A stretch of DNA of 64,000 nt from an uncultured bacterium. Lineage in GTDB: Bacteria > Verrucomicrobiota > Verrucomicrobiia > Verrucomicrobiales > DEV007. Below are positions 58,482 through 64,000 of this stretch, piece by piece (position 1 is the stretch's first letter; every line of letters begins with the position of its first letter). The position numbers were made by a program, and so were the translations under genes. Below the pieces are notes generated by a model that had not been told where the DNA came from, made no database searches, and worked only from the letters and a program-made list of their open reading frames with translations. The stretch spans positions 32,001-96,000 of the forward strand of contig CAXBMO010000019.1 of assembly GCA_963977015.1 (NCBI GenBank), read 5' to 3'.

Positions 58482-60668
58482 TCAATTCGCGGCACCGGCC
58501 AATTCCGGAAACTTCGGCCAGGTTCCTGGAACGGCGAACGGCTGCCCGGTTTCGACCGCGCCCATGTCCGGGGCCTCCCCGTGAAATCCGTCGTTGAAAT
58601 TCGGCAATCTCGCGCCGGCGTCGTGACCGGGCGTTCCCGCTTTCAACCCGGGCGGCCTACCTTCGGCGGCATCCTCGTAGACCGGAACTGCCTCAATGCC
58701 GTGAGCCTCATTTCCCTCGCGATAAGTGAGTTTCCCGAAAATCAGGTCGAAGTCGAAATCGTTCGTTTCATAGCCGAGCGGATCGCGAATCGCGGAATCC
58801 TTCATGCTGCGGCAGTGGAGAATATTGTTGCGCGTCACCAGGTTCTGTTGGCGCTTTTTGCTTCCGGTGCAGATGATTCCGGAACGGCACCCGGCCAGCT
58901 CCTTTCGTCCCGGCCAGGGCGTGGGTTGGTAGATCGTGTTGTGGTAGATGTACATGCGCCCCTTCGTCATTTCGCGGGATTCGTTGCCTAACTTGAGAAG
59001 TCCGCCACCCTTCGTGCCGGCCCAGTCGTTTGTCGGGCCCGTCCGCGAACGCAGCGCGATGTTGCGCCACATGTAAACCGGTCCCAGCGAGGTCGTCGCG
59101 CCAGCCAGCGACATCATGCAGACGTCCGTGCAATTGTTCCAAATCCGAACATTCATGTTCGCCCCCTCGCACTCGAATCCATCGTCGCGACAATGGGAGA
59201 CGAAGTTTCCGTAGATGTCGCTGTCCCGGTTCGGAAACCCGGCAAAGCTGAAGTTCGCGAACTCGCCCATGCCGTCGTTGAACATGTGCTCCATGTCGGA
59301 GCGGATCCGGTTGTGGCGAATGACGTAGCGTCCCTTGCCTTTGCGCAGGGTGATTCCTTGGGCGCCCATGGGATGTGAAGTCTTGCGGCCGTCGGGCAAG
59401 GTGCGTTCCTCGTTCCACGAATTGCTGTGACTGCGGGGATGATGAAGGTCGCAGTGCTGAACCACGATGTGCTCGAGCGCTGGATTGTTGCCGTAAACGG
59501 CCGAATGCCCATTCGCACCAAACCCGTCCTTGTCGATCCCGCCCCAACCGCTGATGTCGCAGTGCTCGATCACAACGTGATGGACGCTGCGCAACTCGAT
59601 TCCGTGGTTCGCCGCGTTCTTCAATTCCAGTCCTCGAATCATCACGTAAGGAGCATTCACCCGCACGTTTGCATCGTGCTTACCTTGCGCGTCACCAATC
59701 GACGACTTCCCCTCTGCCGGTGCATAGACCACGTAGCCTTCTTCCGCCGAACCACCTTCGTCGATCTCCAGGGTCTCTTCCCACTGTTCCGGAAGCGTAA
59801 CCACCTTCTTGACCTTGAATGCCTCGTCCCAGGTTCGCGCGGTCAGCGTTTTCTCCGTGTTCGTCTTCTCCACCACCAACCGGATTTCGTAGTCCGTTCC
59901 CGGCTCGAGATGCACCAGGCTGCCGCGGTATTCCTGGCTGTTTTGCGGCCGCCCCTTGTGAGCGTTGGGGTCGAACCAAAGAGCATGCCCTTCCTTCCAA
60001 TCCGCTGCACCTGCGGGACGATAAAAAACCTGGCAGGGATGATCCTTGCTGCCGTCATTCGGTTTCCAGTAGAGCCCGATCGACTCAAACGTGGCCACCG
60101 CGAACGGCTCGTGCAGGGCTTCGCGCGGCAAACCGGTTGCGTCCACCAACTCCATTCCGGAGAACCAGAGTTTCTGCCCGAGCTGTTTTTCACCCTGACT
60201 CCAACGGCACAGGATGATGACATTGTCCGCCTCACCACTGTCGAAAAACGTCTCCACCCGCTTCCACTCCGGGCCACTTCGCGGGGTATCAATGCGCTCC
60301 AACTCCTCGCGCCCCTTGCGGCGCTTCACTTGAACGAAAGCCGTTCCTTTCCCCGTGCTCCGCAGCCAGGTGCTGATCCGGTATCGCGTGTGCGGCTTCA
60401 CTTTCACGGTCTGCCCGATCTCGCCGGAGCGACCCTTCATATCGGTCGTATTCTCAACGCGGAGGCTCCCCTGCGCGTCAGCTGGCTTTTCTACCGTGTC
60501 GATCGCGACCGTCTGTTTTTTCTGCCCATCGTTCCAGCCAACCGGCTTCCCATTTTCCGCCGACGTAAAATCCGGGTTTTTAAGAAGGTTTGGCAGGGAT
60601 TCAGCAGCCCGGGATGAGGCGATGGCGAGGATGAAGACAACTGGGAGGAGAAGGGGGCGAAGGGTCAT
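58482..60668 (-). CDS. Secreted CBM-like + right-handed beta-helix (pectin lyase-like fold) protein
   Basis: Signal peptide; NLLKNPDF CBM4/9-like start; beta-helix repeats (DDGFECEG, YHNT, TRNNI); APDMGAVE tail. Confidence 0.7.
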   Translation of the reverse strand: MTLRPLLLPVVFILAIASSRAAESLPNLLKNPDFTSAENGKPVGWNDGQKKQTVAIDTVEKPADAQGSLRVENTTDMKGRSGEIGQTVKVKPHTRYRISTWLRSTGKGTAFVQVKRRKGREELERIDTPRSGPEWKRVETFFDSGEADNVIILCRWSQGEKQLGQKLWFSGMELVDATGLPREALHEPFAVATFESIGLYWKPNDGSKDHPCQVFYRPAGAADWKEGHALWFDPNAHKGRPQNSQEYRGSLVHLEPGTDYEIRLVVEKTNTEKTLTARTWDEAFKVKKVVTLPEQWEETLEIDEGGSAEEGYVVYAPAEGKSSIGDAQGKHDANVRVNAPYVMIRGLELKNAANHGIELRSVHHVVIEHCDISGWGGIDKDGFGANGHSAVYGNNPALEHIVVQHCDLHHPRSHSNSWNEERTLPDGRKTSHPMGAQGITLRKGKGRYVIRHNRIRSDMEHMFNDGMGEFANFSFAGFPNRDSDIYGNFVSHCRDDGFECEGANMNVRIWNNCTDVCMMSLAGATTSLGPVYMWRNIALRSRTGPTNDWAGTKGGGLLKLGNESREMTKGRMYIYHNTIYQPTPWPGRKELAGCRSGIICTGSKKRQQNLVTRNNILHCRSMKDSAIRDPLGYETNDFDFDLIFGKLTYREGNEAHGIEAVPVYEDAAEGRPPGLKAGTPGHDAGARLPNFNDGFHGEAPDMGAVETGQPFAVPGTWPKFPELAGAAN

Positions 60669-60760
60669 GGAGTTTGGTGGAACCAACACGGGTTTGGGAA
60701 GTTTACAATCCTGCAGGATCCAAAATCAAAATGGAAGCACTTCCCGCGACTTGGCGCGCT

Positions 60761-63193
60761 TTAGCGCAGGGTCAGATTCCGGCTGCCCTGCTTGAAGGTC
60801 ACGCGGAACCCATGGAGGCGCGGTAAGGCCCAGGCCGGAGGTTCCTTCAACTTTCGGGCCTTTTGATTGAGCGGCTCCAACTGCACGGTCCGGGACTCGG
60901 GCAACACGGTGCACGAATAGGTCCCGCCCTCATGGCTCCACACTCGCGGGAACGCCTCCAAAATTGGATCCGCGACCCATTTCGGGATTCCAGTTTCGGC
61001 TTCCAGGTTCGGGAGAAGATCGCTCGTATCGACAAGCGCCAGATCCGCGGCCGTTTCGACCCCGAGCGTCGCGAGCCGTTGAGCGAGCCAGGCCGTTTCG
61101 TCATCTGGGATCGTCCCTCCCGGAGTTTGGTAGTCGGAGAGCTCCTTGCCTCGCCAATTTGCCAACAGTCGCCAGGCGTGCAGCGCCTCGCGGACGGCGT
61201 CACCAGCTCCTTTGAAGAGTCGATTCTCAAGGACAAAGCCCGCAACCGCTTGATGGAGATCGCTCCCGTTCAGTTCAACTTCGCCACTCGAAAGCGTCAC
61301 GCCAGCGAGTTGAGCATTCCGAGACGCCAGAATCTTGATTCGACCTCGCGACTTCTTTTCGAGAGAGAAGTCCGCGAGTTTCGATTCTCCGAGCCCGGCC
61401 GCTGCCAGGGTTTCAAGTTCGGTCGGCAGCACCATTCGGCCGATCCCAAAGACGCCGTTCGACACGGAGAGCCATTCGGTTTCGAGAATGACGGCGGCGT
61501 TCGATTTCCAGGCTTCGGTCGCGCGATCGACCGGTTCGAACGGATACACCTTCACTTCGATGCTGCCATTCGCCCACGGCACGGATCGCCCGGTTTGCTT
61601 GCTCGCCCTCGGTCGTTTGACGAACCCCGCCGCAGGGAGCCGCGTCAGAATGTACTCGGCGAGCCCTTTGCTCGACTCACCCTTCGCGCCAATGAGCTCA
61701 CGCAGTTGACGGCTGATGGATCGCGCTTCCTCGAGACGTCGGCGGCTGAGTTGATGAACAGTCGCGTCTCCCTTTTGAAGCAACGTCAGGTTCGTCGCGA
61801 CTTCATCCTTCACGCCCTGCAGCAGCTCTGCCCTCGCGTCCTCGGCGGCTTCTCTCGCGGCGGGGCGCAGCTCGTTGAGGTTGCGCAGAAATGAACCCCG
61901 ACTCTGGAGGATCGCGACGAGGTCGCAGAGGGTTGCGTCAATCGCCGGCGGCGCGCCGACGAGCAACGCCGCCTCATCAGCGGATACGGGAAGTTGGACC
62001 AGCTTCCTACCTCGGTCGGTCAGGCCGCCTCCATCGATCGCGGAGAGCGATTGGAGGCGTTGAAGCGCGCGTTCCACGGCGAAGTCAGGCGGCGGGGTGA
62101 TCCAGGTGGCATCCTTCAAGGCGGCGCCCGCGAGGCCGAGTTCAGCCGCCTGAAGCAGCAAGTCATCGAGCTCGACGCGTTCGATCTCCGGCCGCGGATG
62201 GGGCTCCGGGCGATAGCTTGCCGACCAGAGCCGAATGCACACTCCAGCGGCAACGCGGCCCGCCCGCCCGGCCCGTTGTTGCATGGACGCATCGGAGATC
62301 GGCACCGTCGCGAGCATCGTTCGCCCGGCGCGATGGAGCCGGGTTTTCGCCAAGCCGCTGTCGATCACCACCCGGACTCCGGGCAGGGTGATCGAGGTCT
62401 CCGCGACATTGGTGGAAAGGTAGACCCGGCGACGTTTGGAACTCTGGAAGACCCGGCGCATCGCCTCCGGAGACTGCGACCCATGCACGATGAGAATTTC
62501 TTCCTCGCGGCGCCCGAGCGCTGACTCGACGGCTCGAATCTCCTTCAGGCCCGGGAGGAACACGAGAACGTCTCCAGCGTGGTCCTGCAACGCTTGAACG
62601 ACGGCGCTGGCGACACGCCCTCCGATCTCGTGAGTGCTCGGTTCGCTCGAGCCCGGATCGTAGGCAAGGTCGACGGGAAACGTCCGCCCGGTCGCGTGCA
62701 GAGTCGATGCGCCAAGCGTGGCCGCGGCCGACTCGGCATCGATGGTTGCTGAAGTCAGAATGAGCGGAACGTCCTGAAGTCGTGACAGGCTGGCCGCCGC
62801 CGCGACCACCAGATCCATCTGCCAGGAGCGCTCGTGAAACTCATCGACGACGATCGCGCCCGGGGTTGACGATCCAGCGAGCATGCGGAGCGCGACGCCG
62901 GGCGTGCAAAACAGCACCCGGGTGTCCTGACTGGAACGATCGGAGAACCGCACCCGGCTTCCGAAGTAACCTCCGACCTGCTCGCCGCGTTGGGAGGCGA
63001 GGAACTCTGCGAGCGCGTTGCAGGCGACGCGTCGAGGCTCGACCACGAGGATCAGGCCCTCGAATCGTTCGGCGAGCCAAACGGGAACCCGCGTCGATTT
63101 CCCGGCACCGGTTTCAGCGGTGAGCACGAGCCGTCTCGATCCGTCCAAAGCCCGTTCGAACGCTTCCCGGATTTGATCGATGGGCAGGGTCAT
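60761..63193 (-). CDS. hrpB: HrpB-like DEAH-box ATP-dependent RNA helicase
   Basis: AETGAGKST, EPRRVA, DEFHER, TSAT, VFLPG, STNVAETSIT, QRAGRAGR; atypical C-terminus. Confidence 0.75.
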   Translation of the reverse strand: MTLPIDQIREAFERALDGSRRLVLTAETGAGKSTRVPVWLAERFEGLILVVEPRRVACNALAEFLASQRGEQVGGYFGSRVRFSDRSSQDTRVLFCTPGVALRMLAGSSTPGAIVVDEFHERSWQMDLVVAAAASLSRLQDVPLILTSATIDAESAAATLGASTLHATGRTFPVDLAYDPGSSEPSTHEIGGRVASAVVQALQDHAGDVLVFLPGLKEIRAVESALGRREEEILIVHGSQSPEAMRRVFQSSKRRRVYLSTNVAETSITLPGVRVVIDSGLAKTRLHRAGRTMLATVPISDASMQQRAGRAGRVAAGVCIRLWSASYRPEPHPRPEIERVELDDLLLQAAELGLAGAALKDATWITPPPDFAVERALQRLQSLSAIDGGGLTDRGRKLVQLPVSADEAALLVGAPPAIDATLCDLVAILQSRGSFLRNLNELRPAAREAAEDARAELLQGVKDEVATNLTLLQKGDATVHQLSRRRLEEARSISRQLRELIGAKGESSKGLAEYILTRLPAAGFVKRPRASKQTGRSVPWANGSIEVKVYPFEPVDRATEAWKSNAAVILETEWLSVSNGVFGIGRMVLPTELETLAAAGLGESKLADFSLEKKSRGRIKILASRNAQLAGVTLSSGEVELNGSDLHQAVAGFVLENRLFKGAGDAVREALHAWRLLANWRGKELSDYQTPGGTIPDDETAWLAQRLATLGVETAADLALVDTSDLLPNLEAETGIPKWVADPILEAFPRVWSHEGGTYSCTVLPESRTVQLEPLNQKARKLKEPPAWALPRLHGFRVTFKQGSRNLTLR

Positions 63194-63437
63194 CGGTCGC
63201 CCCGGTTGAACGATCGCCGATGGATTGATGCCGTCGTGCCGACGCTGTTCCAGGTTTTTCGGGCCATGGCCGAAGTATATCGAAGATCCGCCATTGCGCC
63301 ACGCCCGAGATTGCGAATGCCACGAGCTCTCGCGCTTGTGGTCTCAACGCATCAATCGGGCATTCAGCCCGCAGTCCGCAAGTTCCGCGAGCCTCTTCCC
63401 GATGAAAGATCGGTGTCGTTGATTCCAGAACAGCGTC

Positions 63438-63635
63438 CTAGCCCAACGCCGTGTCAGACACGAGGCTGGACGCGCCAATCAGCGAGTTGGGCATGAAATC
63501 GTCAATGGGGATGGGCTGTTGGCCACGAGCGAGCATGGCGTAAAGATAGATGACGAAAGCCAATGCCAGCAACACGATGAGGAACAGTCTGAAAGTGCGT
63601 TCGTTGAGATGATAGGATGGAAGGGTAAAGTTCAT
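63438..63635 (-). CDS. Small single-TM hypothetical protein
   Basis: 65-aa ATG ORF with one strong hydrophobic helix and an AT-rich upstream region. Confidence 0.4.
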   Translation of the reverse strand: MNFTLPSYHLNERTFRLFLIVLLALAFVIYLYAMLARGQQPIPIDDFMPNSLIGASSLVSDTALG

Positions 63636-63747
63636 GAGGAACGTTAGGTTAATGCTACGGAAAATATAAGGCAGCTATCCTCCTTTTTCCACCCAAACAC
63701 GTCTGTTTTCGGAGCAAATTTCGGGGCCGAGGGCACGCGACGCCCAG

Positions 63748-64000
63748 CTACTCGGCCAACGCCACCTGCACTTCACCATCCTGCACCCGGGTTTTGTAAC
63801 ATTGCACGTCTTCCACTGCGGGTGGGCTGAGCACGCCTCCGGTTTTGATCGAGAAACAGGCCCCGTGCCAGGGACATTCCACTTCGTCGCCTTCGATCAG
63901 TCCTTCGCTCAAGGGGCCCCCGGAATGCGGGCAGGTGTCGTCGATGGCAAAGAACTCGCCGTCGACGTTGAAAATTGCGATGGTTCGACCTTCGAGTTCG
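63748..64000 (-). CDS. Rieske [2Fe-2S] ferredoxin (partial, 5' end outside the window)
   Basis: Not in the ORF track. Reads ELEGRTIAIFNVDGEFFAIDDTCPHSGGPLSEG...VECPWHG...VALAE*, with CxH..CxxH ligands. Confidence 0.9.
   Translation of the reverse strand, partial: ELEGRTIAIFNVDGEFFAIDDTCPHSGGPLSEGLIEGDEVECPWHGACFSIKTGGVLSPPAVEDVQCYKTRVQDGEVQVALAE

Overview
GC-rich bacterial chromosomal window with a gene repertoire typical of Verrucomicrobia/Planctomycetes (PVC): five Cys-type sulfatases, two PQQ-like beta-propeller proteins, two DUF1080 proteins and a DUF1549/DUF1553-DUF1501-WD40 module. In order it contains: (1) an assimilatory nitrate/nitrite operon with unusual electron wiring (CysJ-like diflavin reductase + NirA; DmsB-DmsC fusion + nitrate reductase); (2) a sugar-acid catabolic locus (SSS transporter, FG-GAP/BNR fusion, DapA-family aldolase, XylR-like regulator); (3) rdgB and rlhA; (4) a MarR-divergent operon encoding an ATPase-less NitT/TauT ABC importer, a non-catalytic FGE-fold protein, a TIM-barrel metalloenzyme, a Rieske oxygenase and a GlnT/GmaS-type gamma-glutamyl ligase, which is the best candidate for an undescribed amine-nitrogen scavenging pathway; (5) a YdeP-type molybdoenzyme followed by a duplicated REP/MITE-like element, an IS110 transposase stub and a heptamer repeat; (6) assorted enzymes including a D-amino acid oxidase, a beta-helix polysaccharide enzyme and a divergent HrpB-like helicase. 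No rRNA, tRNA or CRISPR array was seen. All family assignments come from motif recognition by eye, not from database searches.
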